Below are positions 8,574 through 18,407 of a stretch of DNA of 64,000 nt, in pieces. Under the pieces are notes generated by a model, which saw only the letters and a program-made list of their open reading frames with translations, was not told the origin of the DNA and did not search any database. The number at the start of each line of letters is the position of its first letter. Position 1 is the first letter of the stretch. The translations under genes and the position numbers were made by a program. The stretch comes from an uncultured virus (IMG/VR IMGVR_UViG_3300034108_000261) (Duplodnaviria; Heunggongvirae; Uroviricota; Caudoviricetes): IMG/VR virus record IMGVR_UViG_3300034108_000261. One strand, written 5' to 3'.

Positions 8574-9139
8574 CAGAATCCTCCATATGACCAGTGGACG
8601 GTGGAGTAACGAATACCCGACGTTAGTTCATCCACTTGGTGTCTAATATATGAGGGAAATACTAATAGATCCCCCTGATCAAAATCGAATGATGCTCGTT
8701 TCTCGTCCACTGTCAATGCAAATTTACCACCTTCGAAGGAACCACGATCAGAGAGCAGCACGATTGCGCTGATTTTTCTAACTGGTCGAGAAACGTGGTT
8801 GGCATAATTTGTCGGGTAGATAATGTCGTGGTGCATCTTAAATTTACCACCAGCATTGTAACGAATGAAGTTGTTCTCACTACAATGCTCGAAAATATTG
8901 ATGTTCCACATCTCTTCGTTGAGTTGTGCAACTGCTTGTTTAACTTTAAGACAATATGGATTTGTAGGATTAATCATGCACTGCTCAGAGGTGCGTGCAT
9001 CGTTGACTCCAGAATTATATCCACCAGTGGTTTGACTTGGGGCGAGAGGTTTCTCGAGTTGCTCTTTAATAAACTCTTCTGCCTCTTGCTTCATATAACC
9101 ACGCCAGATAAAGGCAGGACCAATTCTCTCAAATGCCAT
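8573..9139 (-). CDS. 2OG-Fe(II) oxygenase (prolyl-4-hydroxylase-like)
   Basis: HHD (HxD), RKIS, FEGG, FPSYIRHQV, GIRYS motifs. Confidence 0.9.
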   Translation of the reverse strand: MAFERIGPAFIWRGYMKQEAEEFIKEQLEKPLAPSQTTGGYNSGVNDARTSEQCMINPTNPYCLKVKQAVAQLNEEMWNINIFEHCSENNFIRYNAGGKFKMHHDIIYPTNYANHVSRPVRKISAIVLLSDRGSFEGGKFALTVDEKRASFDFDQGDLLVFPSYIRHQVDELTSGIRYSTVHWSYGGF

Positions 9140-9462
9140 CAGTAATATATTCCCTTGAATGCTTCTACTGGAATCTCTCCTTTAGGAATGCGATCATTCA
9201 CATCGTGTTCCAGGGTGTCCAGTGCGTATTGTGTAATAGATGCTGCCCATTTTTGTTTATCTCCCAAGGCAGAGGTCAAAATATTTTTGGAGATAACTTG
9301 GAGGAATGAACCGATAGCAATTAGATCCTGTGGATCATCGCAATACTGGATAGATTCACAGATAAAATCGTCAATTTCCTCTATCATAACATGTATTTTC
9401 TCTCTCTTCTCAGAGACAGTTAAACGTCGATGCTGACGAGATGGTATGTTTTCTTCGTTCAT
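9139..9462 (-). CDS. hypothetical protein
   Basis: 107-aa ORF; TAATAAATA upstream. Confidence 0.6.
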   Translation of the reverse strand: MNEENIPSRQHRRLTVSEKREKIHVMIEEIDDFICESIQYCDDPQDLIAIGSFLQVISKNILTSALGDKQKWAASITQYALDTLEHDVNDRIPKGEIPVEAFKGIYY

Positions 9463-9473
9463 GCATCTATTTA

Positions 9474-9653
9474 TTACCCGTCAATACGACCCAATCTGTG
9501 AATCAGGTTAGAGATAATTGCCACATCTGGATGCGGGTCTCGTTCGCTGACACCTTCTGTTCGCATGCACTCGATAAGATACGAGTGCAATGCACGCTTA
9601 ATTACTGGATAATCTGTTGGTGCGAATGTTCCACCTTTTGCTTCTTTAACCAT
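9474..9653 (-). CDS. small hypothetical protein
   Basis: TAATG coupling to upstream gene; start set at MVKEAK. Confidence 0.55.
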   Translation of the reverse strand: MVKEAKGGTFAPTDYPVIKRALHSYLIECMRTEGVSERDPHPDVAIISNLIHRLGRIDG

Positions 9654-10204
9654 TAGTCCCATAGTCCTCTAAAGTAGACACCAAACAGACGGGTGCCATT
9701 GTCAATACGCTTGTTATGTGCCTTCCATCCCTCAACATTGAGGACACCATTTTTGAAGTAAATATCATCGTTACCATCTTCCACCATCTGTTCGAATGTC
9801 CATATCATTTCATCCATGACCCAGTCCCAACGCTTGTGCCAGTTGCTGTCAGTTTCAAACTCATGTCCTGGATCTTCGGAGGCAGCAAAGCGAAGTTCTT
9901 CTGGAACATCTTCATCTGCCACGGCAGGTGAACCATGCTTGGTTGCCTTGAGTTGCTTTAACATAGGAAGAATAATCATAGCAAGAGTATCGTCCATACT
10001 CCATGTGTCATATGGGTCGATACGAATCTCGACTTTCCTCTTATTGAAAAAATATGCGGATATTTCGGTAATTGGTGTATGCTTATCCAACCATTCTCCG
10101 AATGCAAAAACTGCATCATCGTCCTTGTCTTTCCAGAACAGAATCTTTTCTGCAATCTGGTATGGACCGAACCAACGTGGATATGGACCAATGTTAATCT
10201 TCAC
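9653..10204 (-). CDS. conserved hypothetical phage protein
   Basis: DTWSMDDTLA.IILPMLKQLK...HGSP...W..VMDEMIW.F...LWD pattern familiar from large myoviruses. Confidence 0.7.
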   Translation of the reverse strand: MKINIGPYPRWFGPYQIAEKILFWKDKDDDAVFAFGEWLDKHTPITEISAYFFNKRKVEIRIDPYDTWSMDDTLAMIILPMLKQLKATKHGSPAVADEDVPEELRFAASEDPGHEFETDSNWHKRWDWVMDEMIWTFEQMVEDGNDDIYFKNGVLNVEGWKAHNKRIDNGTRLFGVYFRGLWD

Positions 10205-10391
10205 GAGAATTCTTCGAAAGTTCAGTTAGATACGGATCTTGTCCCCAGTCAAGTGGAATATCCATACCATCGAGTGATTGTGCGATCTTGGTGATGCCAT
10301 AAACTGCTAGTGCGGCAACACCAAACACTGCAACATAGGGAATCGCTTCAATTGCCTTGTCCTTTAAATCATCCTTGGTCATTGCCATCAA
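10194..10391 (-). CDS. small membrane protein (1 TM)
   Basis: Hydrophobic stretch YVAVFGVAALAVYGI. Confidence 0.55.
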   Translation of the reverse strand: MMAMTKDDLKDKAIEAIPYVAVFGVAALAVYGITKIAQSLDGMDIPLDWGQDPYLTELSKNSRED

Positions 10392-10656
10392 TTCCTGGAA
10401 ATATAGTGCTAATGCGGGACAAACCGTAATCTTCTAGTTGCTTGTCAGTGCAATACCATGACAGTATAACATCAACTGCATCGATATGCTTCTGAAGTTC
10501 GACGTTTTCTGCCTCCTGATCATCCCAGTTAAACACACCACTACCACCAATCATAAGATCATTAACCCATGACTGGCGACAACGAATCAGTTCGTCTGCG
10601 ACAATGCGGTCGACCTGCTCTATATCAAGTTCTACAGTATACTTACTCATCTTCAT
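10369..10656 (-). CDS. hypothetical protein
   Basis: ORF in a packed operon. Confidence 0.6.
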   Translation of the reverse strand: MKMSKYTVELDIEQVDRIVADELIRCRQSWVNDLMIGGSGVFNWDDQEAENVELQKHIDAVDVILSWYCTDKQLEDYGLSRISTIFPGIDGNDQG

Positions 10657-11038
10657 TTACCTTCTTATAACGATTGAGAGACCCATCTGCTTCGACTACC
10701 ATAATCTCGCCAAGATTTTGTGCCATTATACGTTGCTCGCCTTCTGCTACGATGTGTTCACGTTCGCGCAGAGTGCGCATGACTGCATTGGCAATACCGA
10801 ACTTGTTGCGCCCAGTGTCCATAGCATTCTGCGCTGCCTCTGCGCATTCTTTGTAGACGTCGTCGGGTAAAGACCACGAGATATCCATCGCATTACCAAA
10901 ATCACCTACGCGACGCAGATACTCCTGCCCACCATCTACTGAAACAGCACCACACGTGCATGTAACAAAATCGTGGCGATGCTTGGAGACGATCTTATCC
11001 CCGCAACTCAAACATAATACTGCATTCTGAACAATCAT
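10643..11038 (-). CDS. zinc-ribbon conserved phage protein
   Basis: CLSCGDKIVSKHRHDFVTCTCGAVSVDGG motif. Confidence 0.75.
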   Translation of the reverse strand: MIVQNAVLCLSCGDKIVSKHRHDFVTCTCGAVSVDGGQEYLRRVGDFGNAMDISWSLPDDVYKECAEAAQNAMDTGRNKFGIANAVMRTLREREHIVAEGEQRIMAQNLGEIMVVEADGSLNRYKKVNEDE

Positions 11039-11262
11039 GATGAAACTTTCTTATGGACCATAGTAATGTGCTTACACTTATTATGGAAATTGAACCCCGT
11101 GCAATCACAAACCCATCCACTCGGAGTCATAGTGGTATGGTAAGTCTTACCCTTGCAGTTGGTATAAGGCCAAGCGAATCCAACTAGATGGTGTTCATTA
11201 CTGAAGTTGATACCAGCAAGAGCAACGGGACGTCGATATGGACTAACACCTGCAACATTCAT
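11035..11262 (-). CDS. SWIM zinc-finger protein
   Basis: CxC...CKH (CDCTGFNFHNKCKH). Confidence 0.75.
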   Translation of the reverse strand: MNVAGVSPYRRPVALAGINFSNEHHLVGFAWPYTNCKGKTYHTTMTPSGWVCDCTGFNFHNKCKHITMVHKKVSS

Positions 11263-11322
11263 GGGAACATTTCCTTATCATTTAGCATTTCGTCACGCTC
11301 TTCAGCAGTAACCTTATTAGAC

Positions 11323-11351
11323 ACTATACCATATATGGTGACAGAAATCAA
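11323..11351 (-). promoter_or_regulatory. probable sigma70-type promoter
   Basis: TTGATT-N17-TATAGT. Confidence 0.6.
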
Positions 11352-11379
11352 TAGAATTACCAAAATAAAAAGAATATTA

Positions 11380-11655
11380 TCACTGTCCATAATTAATCAC
11401 ATTCACGAAATCAAGTTTCTGGTCTTCATCCCAGTCTTTAAGATAGACATTATCCTCGTCAAACATACGAAGATATTCTGCGCTAGTAATCTCACGAGTG
11501 GATGAAATCATCTCGTCGAGATGGAGTTGTGAGAACTCTTTGAAGTCATCGCCTACGCACATCGTTACCTCATCCTTAGCATCGGATGCACTGTTTGCCT
11601 CAACGACATATCGCATACGGAATACGCTAACTGTTTCTACAAGATATTTTGGCAT
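11380..11655 (-). CDS. conserved hypothetical phage protein
   Basis: YLVETVSVFRMRYVVEA...EFSQLHL pattern. Confidence 0.65.
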   Translation of the reverse strand: MPKYLVETVSVFRMRYVVEANSASDAKDEVTMCVGDDFKEFSQLHLDEMISSTREITSAEYLRMFDEDNVYLKDWDEDQKLDFVNVINYGQ

Positions 11656-12143
11656 TAGTCCAACTTTCCATCATATGTGCGCAACCATGGTTGCCCAGCG
11701 TTTACATTAATCTCTCGTTCTGTCTCGAAAAGCATCACACCTGCCTCTTGGAACATCTCACGAGTGACATCCCAATTGAATCCTTCGCCTTCGCGATTTG
11801 GTTTGTAACTGACTACCTTCGAAATACCATTTTGGATAATCGACTTAGCACACTCGTTACAAGGAAGGAGAGGCACATACATCGTGCAACCTTCTACGCT
11901 ATGTGGTGCATTGTCAAGAGCATTGCGTTCAGCGTGACAAACAAACAGATGTTTAGTTGGGCGATCTTCATAACGCTTGACATCATCTTTAACTCCTCGA
12001 GGGAAACCATTGTATCCCATAGAGACGACACGCTTCTTATCATCTACGATGACTGCGCCTACTTTCGTGCGAGGGTCGTGTGACCACTCAGCGACGTGCT
12101 CGGCGAGGTCAAGAAATCGTTGTGACCATTTACTCACTATCAT
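11655..12143 (-). CDS. cd: dCMP deaminase
   Basis: SHDPRTKVGAVIV, GYNG, HAERNA, PCNECAK zinc motifs; start set at MIVSKW. Confidence 0.93.
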   Translation of the reverse strand: MIVSKWSQRFLDLAEHVAEWSHDPRTKVGAVIVDDKKRVVSMGYNGFPRGVKDDVKRYEDRPTKHLFVCHAERNALDNAPHSVEGCTMYVPLLPCNECAKSIIQNGISKVVSYKPNREGEGFNWDVTREMFQEAGVMLFETEREINVNAGQPWLRTYDGKLD

Positions 12144-12366
12144 CTTCCCCGACGAAATCGTAGGGAACATCTTCGTCCTGCTTACGACCCATATAGTGGT
12201 CATCGCTTACGCAATAGAACTGTGCCTGTAGTTGACTATTGATAATGGTGCGAGTGACATCACCAGCAAAAGCAACGCATTGCTCTTTGTTTGCAGACTC
12301 GTAGACATCCTTTGCTACGAACTCACCCTCAGTGGTAAAAAGGAATACAATCAACCAATAACTCAT
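12130..12366 (-). CDS. hypothetical protein
   Basis: 78-aa ORF with ATGA overlap. Confidence 0.6.
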   Translation of the reverse strand: MSYWLIVFLFTTEGEFVAKDVYESANKEQCVAFAGDVTRTIINSQLQAQFYCVSDDHYMGRKQDEDVPYDFVGEDDSE

Positions 12367-12596
12367 ACTATAACTCCCACAAGCAAAATACCAACGACGA
12401 AAGCATTTACTGCAATCAACGCTTTATCCTTCATAGCGAACCCAGCATAACCCCAGAGACCAGCACCAGCGATAGAGACCAGAAGATCTACTGTGTGATA
12501 ATCAAATGCGCGACAGGTCGCAGCGACGACGACACATGCAGTTCCTGCCCATTTCACGGTTTCAAGGAACACGTTCTTTTTTACAACTTCACTCAT
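12363..12596 (-). CDS. small membrane protein (3 TM)
   Basis: Hydrophobic; KW.GT...GLW...D.ALIAVN pattern. Confidence 0.65.
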   Translation of the reverse strand: MSEVVKKNVFLETVKWAGTACVVVAATCRAFDYHTVDLLVSIAGAGLWGYAGFAMKDKALIAVNAFVVGILLVGVIV

Positions 12597-12799
12597 GCGA
12601 ATTCATCATCCTTCAAAACCATCACGCCACCAACAAGCATCATCAGAAAACCAACAATCATCTGGACGCCGAAAGCAACTGCGCTTGGGGGATCCCCCGC
12701 AACACAGTCAGCAGCAGCGCGACATTCGACGTAGAAATCTTCAGCGCCGATCGTACCAGCAACGAGGAGAAAACCAGCGAGGAGCAAAATATATTTCAT
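12593..12799 (-). CDS. small membrane protein (2 TM)
   Basis: ORF behind promoter 12827..12855. Confidence 0.6.
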   Translation of the reverse strand: MKYILLLAGFLLVAGTIGAEDFYVECRAAADCVAGDPPSAVAFGVQMIVGFLMMLVGGVMVLKDDEFA

Positions 12800-12826
12800 A
12801 ACAAATTCCTTTTCAAACTATAACTC

Positions 12827-12855
12827 ATTCTACCCTAAAACGGAGATAAAGTCAA
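12827..12855 (-). promoter_or_regulatory. sigma70-type early promoter
   Basis: TTGACT-N17-TAGAAT. Confidence 0.8.
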
Positions 12856-13178
12856 GCTTTAATTTCATCAAAACCAAACGTAGCACAACGGAACAGTTTT
12901 CCGTCTACCTCGAGGATGTCGCCTACTGACATCGAGGAGCAGGGACCGAGTTTCTCAACCGTAGCACCTTCCCAAAGATTCATGGCAGCGAATGCTTCTT
13001 CCATGTCAGCGGTATCAACGTTAGCAACGTGGGTATAATACTGGAAGTTCTCTGCCTTGAAGGGGACGGCAAACGAACGGGTGAAGTATGCCTGGATGCG
13101 GTCGCTAGTTTCGCCGTTGTTAACAGCAGTGATTTCAGCATCAGTCAGTTGAATTTGGTAAACCTTAATCATTTTCAA
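12852..13178 (-). CDS. YodL-like domain protein
   Basis: KVYQI...EEAF...N...SMSVGDIL...FGF pattern. Confidence 0.6.
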   Translation of the reverse strand: MKMIKVYQIQLTDAEITAVNNGETSDRIQAYFTRSFAVPFKAENFQYYTHVANVDTADMEEAFAAMNLWEGATVEKLGPCSSMSVGDILEVDGKLFRCATFGFDEIKA

Positions 13179-13198
13179 TTCCTTTTCTTATTGTTACC

Positions 13199-13227
13199 AT
13201 TCTACCCCAAAACGTGGTAAAAGTCAA
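13199..13227 (-). promoter_or_regulatory. sigma70-type early promoter, near-copy of 1439..1467
   Basis: TTGACT-N17-TAGAAT; 13181..13227 matches 1421..1467 at 42/47 positions. Confidence 0.8.
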
Positions 13228-13260
13228 GCCCCTAAATGAAAATAATTGCTTTTTTTTGAT

Positions 13261-13782
13261 TTAAATTTTAAATTGGGCGAGGCAATCATCGTAAGATTCT
13301 CGCATTCCTCCTACTTGGAAGAATATCCTTTGTGCTTTGTTATCTGGCAACCCATGCACGATGGAGGTGTTGATCAGTGTCGCTTCGCTGGAATAATCAT
13401 AGTTGCAGACCTCGACGTCATTCTCATACCAGACGATAGGAGCATGAAACGTTACAAGAGGTATGGATATTACTGCAGTTCTAGTGTCAGTGTGTTGCGG
13501 GAGTTTGCCCTCTACAAAGGATACCTGACTCCACTGGTATACGTGATTCGGATCACTATACGGAGATTCTGGGACAAATAGGTCACTAATCTTCTTGAAG
13601 AGTTGGTGTTCTCTGTAGTCTTCAGTTGCATCTCGGAGAAAATATTGAGAGTATTGTTCAATCGTATGACCCTGGACTACGTAATGATATGCCTGCGACT
13701 GATAGTTGTGTGACAGAAAATTCATAAATCTCCAATCAGTGCTGTCTAGTGCCAACCCGAGTGGTTTATAATAAGGGTACAT
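13261..13782 (-). CDS. putative 2OG-Fe(II)/cupin-fold oxygenase
   Basis: LPQHTD (HxD)...INTSIVHGL...RIFFQ. Confidence 0.55.
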   Translation of the reverse strand: MYPYYKPLGLALDSTDWRFMNFLSHNYQSQAYHYVVQGHTIEQYSQYFLRDATEDYREHQLFKKISDLFVPESPYSDPNHVYQWSQVSFVEGKLPQHTDTRTAVISIPLVTFHAPIVWYENDVEVCNYDYSSEATLINTSIVHGLPDNKAQRIFFQVGGMRESYDDCLAQFKI

Positions 13783-13783
13783 G

Positions 13784-14425
13784 CTAATATACTCTCATCT
13801 TTTTGATAAATTCTTTCATAGTCTCATAGTCAGAAGAAGCCTTAACATTCAACACCAACATGGTGCAGTCATCGACATATGAGAACAAAGAATGTGCTTT
13901 GGTGGTATTCATAAAATACGTGGTCCCTTCTCTCAGTTGCACAACCTTACCATCAAAAATCCAAGACATGCTTGACGAGTGAAAATTGTAGAATGGTACG
14001 ACGATTCTAAACATGTCATTAGGCAGACCGAAATTGTGGTCTCTGTGTGGCGGGAAAAAACCACCCTTGTCTAACCGCAGGAAATGTGACCGACCCAAGT
14101 CTTCTCCGAAAAAATTTAACAGTTCATTTACTTCAGGTATCTCGCATGACAAAGGTGTGCGAGTTTTAAAATCAGAATCACGATGTATTATACCAGTTTC
14201 GTTATAATATTCTCCCAAACTTTCAAGATCCGGAACACCTGAGTATCCGCCATCTAAACTGGTCATCGATAATCCGTAACGATTGTACCCCTGTTTATAT
14301 GTGTTGTATTGCTTCCATTCTGGATGCCCGAGAATAAGATCTCTATACTTGTTTACGGGAATATTTGGAAATCCCAGTTCTATTATATCTCCATATGAGA
14401 TTACGAATTCAGTTAGTGGGTTCAT
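13784..14425 (-). CDS. aspartyl/asparaginyl beta-hydroxylase-like 2OG-Fe(II) oxygenase
   Basis: RSHFLRLDKGGFFPPHRD, RIVVP, MNTTKAHS. Confidence 0.7.
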   Translation of the reverse strand: MNPLTEFVISYGDIIELGFPNIPVNKYRDLILGHPEWKQYNTYKQGYNRYGLSMTSLDGGYSGVPDLESLGEYYNETGIIHRDSDFKTRTPLSCEIPEVNELLNFFGEDLGRSHFLRLDKGGFFPPHRDHNFGLPNDMFRIVVPFYNFHSSSMSWIFDGKVVQLREGTTYFMNTTKAHSLFSYVDDCTMLVLNVKASSDYETMKEFIKKMRVY

Positions 14426-15106
14426 TTAATTAGTTCCTGGATCTATTTTGCCGAGTTGATCAAACGCCCACTGTCTTTCCCTACAATGGTAGCACCTGCC
14501 GCATCTGCCATATGTTTGCTGCGTGCAAGTATGAGATATCTCAAGCAATCTTTCGGTACCATGCATAAAATGTAAATCAATTGTATGCGATTTCATCAAT
14601 TCATTGAACGGCATGCCCAGATATTCCGGAAATGGATTTGTATCTACTCTATACGGTTTTTCTTCTGGAGTAAGGATCAACTCGGACGTTTCTCTATTGT
14701 CCGCTAGATAAACAAACAGTTTCCCACCCGCTGCATATTCGTCGAATACTGCACGAACGCTTTGTTGAATTTGTTGTGAGTGGTGTAGTTCTTGGACGTT
14801 TTCTGCACCAAAAATAGTAGGCGCAGGTAAGTTTATATCCAGCATCTCATTTATGGCAGCGACTATTCCAGGCGAGTGCACCTCTGCACCATCTGTCTTG
14901 GGCACCGTAAAGATATACTTTATTTCATCGACACTACGACCCTTCTTGATCAATTCTGAACAAATCATATACAATAAAATAGAACTGTCTGCCCCGCTAC
15001 TCAACATAATCGCAAGGTGTCGGTTTTCGGGTAAAGGTAAAACGAAAGAACGTCTATCCTCCGTCGGTCCACAAGTAAATACTGAGAAAAAAGAAGTATC
15101 AATCAT
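14426..15106 (-). CDS. QueC-like PP-loop ATP pyrophosphatase
   Basis: MLSSGADS PP-loop and C-terminal HTC-x6-RCGRCYHCRER zinc motif. Confidence 0.7.
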   Translation of the reverse strand: MIDTSFFSVFTCGPTEDRRSFVLPLPENRHLAIMLSSGADSSILLYMICSELIKKGRSVDEIKYIFTVPKTDGAEVHSPGIVAAINEMLDINLPAPTIFGAENVQELHHSQQIQQSVRAVFDEYAAGGKLFVYLADNRETSELILTPEEKPYRVDTNPFPEYLGMPFNELMKSHTIDLHFMHGTERLLEISHTCTQQTYGRCGRCYHCRERQWAFDQLGKIDPGTN

Positions 15107-15161
15107 GCGGTTTCTCCCCGCAATTGCTGGAATTTGTCAACTTTAGCATTACATTTTTTCC

Positions 15162-16781
15162 TTATGTTTCAACATAATCTAACTTTTTCTTTTTATAATC
15201 TTCAATGAATGCAACTTTCGTATACTCCGAGGGACGAATACCGCCAAGTTGTCGAAACGATTTCATCATATCCTCATCAGTTTTTCCATCTACATACCAA
15301 TCATCCATTCTCCAATGGTCGACTCCGTAATCTAAATAAGAATCATTCGCCCAGAAATTTTTGATGACCCATAGCACAACGTCCCTTTCTGTCAACCCTG
15401 TATTACTTTGCCATCTATTAAATAGGACTGATTCATCCATGTGTCGCATAAACAATCTTACCTGATTTTTCATCTCGGGTTCAATCTGATTACTCTGGAA
15501 TATAGGTAGTAATTCAGGATCATCCTCTGACAATTGATGCCCCTTGATGTCTATTAATTTATATCCCTGTTTTTCGTACTGCGTTGACAATACGCTAGGA
15601 CTGGTATTCTCTAACGTATTACTAGGAATAACCAATGGATGTATAAGTACGTTGTTGGTTTTCCAGTGTTCTTCGCACCATTTTAGAGTCTCACCCATTG
15701 TCTCTTCTGTGTCATACGGTAGTCCTGCGATGAGACTGATTGAACCTCTGTAATACCCATTATGCTTTAGAAAGTATGCTTTGGTATCTAGAAGTACTTG
15801 TTTAATTTTATCGCTGTCCATACCCTTACCGATTGCAGCAGCACTTGGGCGATTAAATGATTCTATACCATAAAATTGTCCGTTAAACTGCATGCGAGCT
15901 AAATGCTCTATGTCGCCTGGACGAGTGTGTAACAGATCGGCACGAATATAACCGCCAAACAATGGTTTGAAGGAAAACTTTTCAACTTTATCTGCATATT
16001 TGATTATCTTATTGGTATAATCATTGAAAGTTTCATCTGCAATAGAATATCTGTATAACCCCCAGTTGTCATAATTTCGTATAAGATTGTCGCTAAAATC
16101 TTCTGCATCACGAGTATGATCATCCTTTACTCCCAGTACAGGATACGTGCAGAATGAACATTTGAACCGACACCCTCTGGATGTTTCTATGGTTGTATGC
16201 TCAAATGGTTGCATGAAATCACGGTTTTCATAATCAACAGATAAATTACGCATAGGAAATGCAGGATAGTGTGCAATAGCATCGACAACTTTTCTCTTGT
16301 CCCCCTCCTTGTTAATGACTTCTTCTGTCCACTTAGCAGTGCCTTTCAAAATCTCAAGCATGGCATGTTCACCATATCCTGTTACCATGTAGTCAGCAGG
16401 AATTAAATGTATGTTATGAAACTGCGTTGATCCAGTAATGATAGTAACGTCTGGATAAGTTTGCTTCAACCATGTAAAACAGCGATATAATGTCTCTGTG
16501 TTCATTCTAAACAATGCACCCAATCCAACAAATTTGAACGACGGTGACATTCGTGAACGTATCAACTGTTGAAATTCGCGAAATGTCCAAGAAGGAGCAA
16601 AATCAACAACCTCGACAGAGAGACCATTTTGACGCAAGAATGATGCAATTCTGTGCGCTCCTGCGCTTCGGCGAACGGAACTATAACTGATTGTTGCATC
16701 CTGCCGACGAAAACCCTTACTGTCCGTTGAAGGAGTTTCATCTATATTGATCATACCACCAAAGATAATGCCATCAAGCAT
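15162..16781 (-). CDS. cobalamin-binding (class B) radical SAM protein
   Basis: N-terminal B12-binding-like region (GAHRIASFLR...GYGE), ETSRGCRFKCSFC, DETFN, GIESFN, IAGLPYDT. Confidence 0.85.
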   Translation of the reverse strand: MLDGIIFGGMINIDETPSTDSKGFRRQDATISYSSVRRSAGAHRIASFLRQNGLSVEVVDFAPSWTFREFQQLIRSRMSPSFKFVGLGALFRMNTETLYRCFTWLKQTYPDVTIITGSTQFHNIHLIPADYMVTGYGEHAMLEILKGTAKWTEEVINKEGDKRKVVDAIAHYPAFPMRNLSVDYENRDFMQPFEHTTIETSRGCRFKCSFCTYPVLGVKDDHTRDAEDFSDNLIRNYDNWGLYRYSIADETFNDYTNKIIKYADKVEKFSFKPLFGGYIRADLLHTRPGDIEHLARMQFNGQFYGIESFNRPSAAAIGKGMDSDKIKQVLLDTKAYFLKHNGYYRGSISLIAGLPYDTEETMGETLKWCEEHWKTNNVLIHPLVIPSNTLENTSPSVLSTQYEKQGYKLIDIKGHQLSEDDPELLPIFQSNQIEPEMKNQVRLFMRHMDESVLFNRWQSNTGLTERDVVLWVIKNFWANDSYLDYGVDHWRMDDWYVDGKTDEDMMKSFRQLGGIRPSEYTKVAFIEDYKKKKLDYVET

Positions 16782-17403
16782 CAATCCACCTCGCATCTTC
16801 TAGAATTTTCTTAAACTGTTCTTTATAGTGTTCATTCCAAATCATATACAACATCCATTGTTTTGTATAGTTAATTTTAAACGGTCCATTGTCGGGTAAT
16901 GTATATGGGTGTATTCTGAAGTTTGGTTTTCCAAAATGCTTCCCGTCCTCGTAGTAATACTTAGGATAATTCACAGGATCGTTTATTGCCAGATATCTAA
17001 GTAATCTCTTGTTAAATTCATTGGCAGTATTGATTGCTCCATACCTTCCTGCTTCGATGCTACGATCTATTGCTATCGTATGAATGTCACCGTGTGCTCT
17101 TGCGAGTTGCATTCCTGGAATAGTATAACTACGCGAACTCAAATGTGTCATGTGAGAATCTATGTTCGATTCATGATATCCACCTCCACAAAGTATTTTA
17201 CCATCTCTTCGGTAGAGAATATATCCATTTCCAAGTCCATCATATCTCTTTTGAACATACAACGCATGTAGAAACGAAGATCGAGTATTCTCCCAATTAA
17301 CGGGACTCATGTTTGTTGCTCCAGGTCTTGTATCATCTATTGCATGGTTACAGAATGGCAACAACTGATCAATGGGATATGTGCTGTCTATCTGTTCAAA
17401 CAT
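16774..17403 (-). CDS. hypothetical protein (possible acetyltransferase-like fold)
   Basis: ORF coupled within the modification island; fold guess is weak. Confidence 0.6.
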   Translation of the reverse strand: MFEQIDSTYPIDQLLPFCNHAIDDTRPGATNMSPVNWENTRSSFLHALYVQKRYDGLGNGYILYRRDGKILCGGGYHESNIDSHMTHLSSRSYTIPGMQLARAHGDIHTIAIDRSIEAGRYGAINTANEFNKRLLRYLAINDPVNYPKYYYEDGKHFGKPNFRIHPYTLPDNGPFKINYTKQWMLYMIWNEHYKEQFKKILEDARWIDA

Positions 17404-18407
17404 TACCCAATCTCCGCATAATGACATTTTCTACAAATCTCATCTCTGGCGCGAACGATTACCTCAGCATGTGTTTCGGACACCCATATATCACTCAGAG
17501 AAGATTTCGAAAGGTCTCCGAAAACATACTCCATGTTGTAATCATTGCAGCAAAGAAAAGTTTCTCCCAAAGAATTTATATGAATCCATTCAGTAGTTCT
17601 ATCCGTCTTAACATCTTCAAATCCCCGACAACCTATGACAGTGCCAGTTTTTAATCTCTCTTCGATCGAAGGTTGGTTTGAAATTAAAGACGACAACAAT
17701 CCTGCTCTATCATGCAGCACGTATTCCTTGTATGGGATGAAGTTCTTAAACTTTCTCTTGGCAAATTTGTACGCCTGGAAACGTTCTCCCTTTACTGGAT
17801 GCATATCAATTTGCAGGTTATTTAATTCCTCGCCTCTGTGAATGTCATTATCCCAGACCTTATCGTCGACCCCATTAATCAGTATGATCAAATTATCAAA
17901 GTCTGCCAGTTCTGTATCTGCATATTCTAAATTTGCTATCAATCTATCGTATTGATTGACATGCAACCCAGAACGACTTGCCCAAGTTTCTGGTTCGAAT
18001 GATGGGATGTTCAGTATAATCTCAGAGATAACATCCTTATTAGACTTGATCATGTCTATCTTTTTGGGAGTAAGATTAATCCCATTGCTGAAAATGGTAG
18101 TGGTGAAGTTATACTTGCGAAGTAACTCCAGAAATTCTTCGAGATACCTATACAATAACACCTCACCGTAGTGTGCAGTGTAGATGTTTCTCATTGAGAG
18201 AGATACAACTCCACTCTCGTCGTTACGATGCGATGCCAAATCGGCAAGAATCTTTTCTACTAGATCTAGAGGCATGTGCACCCTTGTTCGCTCAGGCTGT
18301 GGGATATATTTTACTGGACAATACCAGCATGCAGCATTACAGAACCCAAACAAGTCAAGTTGGACGTGTTGGATCTTTATGTCCCGTAAGTTCTGTAAAA
18401 GATTCAT
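17403..18407 (-). CDS. radical SAM/SPASM-twitch domain protein
   Basis: CNAACWYCP and C-terminal C...G..FLCCND...GDL...L.DIW...CRKC. Confidence 0.85.
   Translation of the reverse strand: MNLLQNLRDIKIQHVQLDLFGFCNAACWYCPVKYIPQPERTRVHMPLDLVEKILADLASHRNDESGVVSLSMRNIYTAHYGEVLLYRYLEEFLELLRKYNFTTTIFSNGINLTPKKIDMIKSNKDVISEIILNIPSFEPETWASRSGLHVNQYDRLIANLEYADTELADFDNLIILINGVDDKVWDNDIHRGEELNNLQIDMHPVKGERFQAYKFAKRKFKNFIPYKEYVLHDRAGLLSSLISNQPSIEERLKTGTVIGCRGFEDVKTDRTTEWIHINSLGETFLCCNDYNMEYVFGDLSKSSLSDIWVSETHAEVIVRARDEICRKCHYAEIG

Noticed and set aside
14426..15106. 7-deazaguanine (preQ0/dG+) DNA modification system
   Set aside because: Only a divergent QueC-like gene is seen; no dpdA, folE, queD or clear queE in the window (cannot be excluded elsewhere in the genome)
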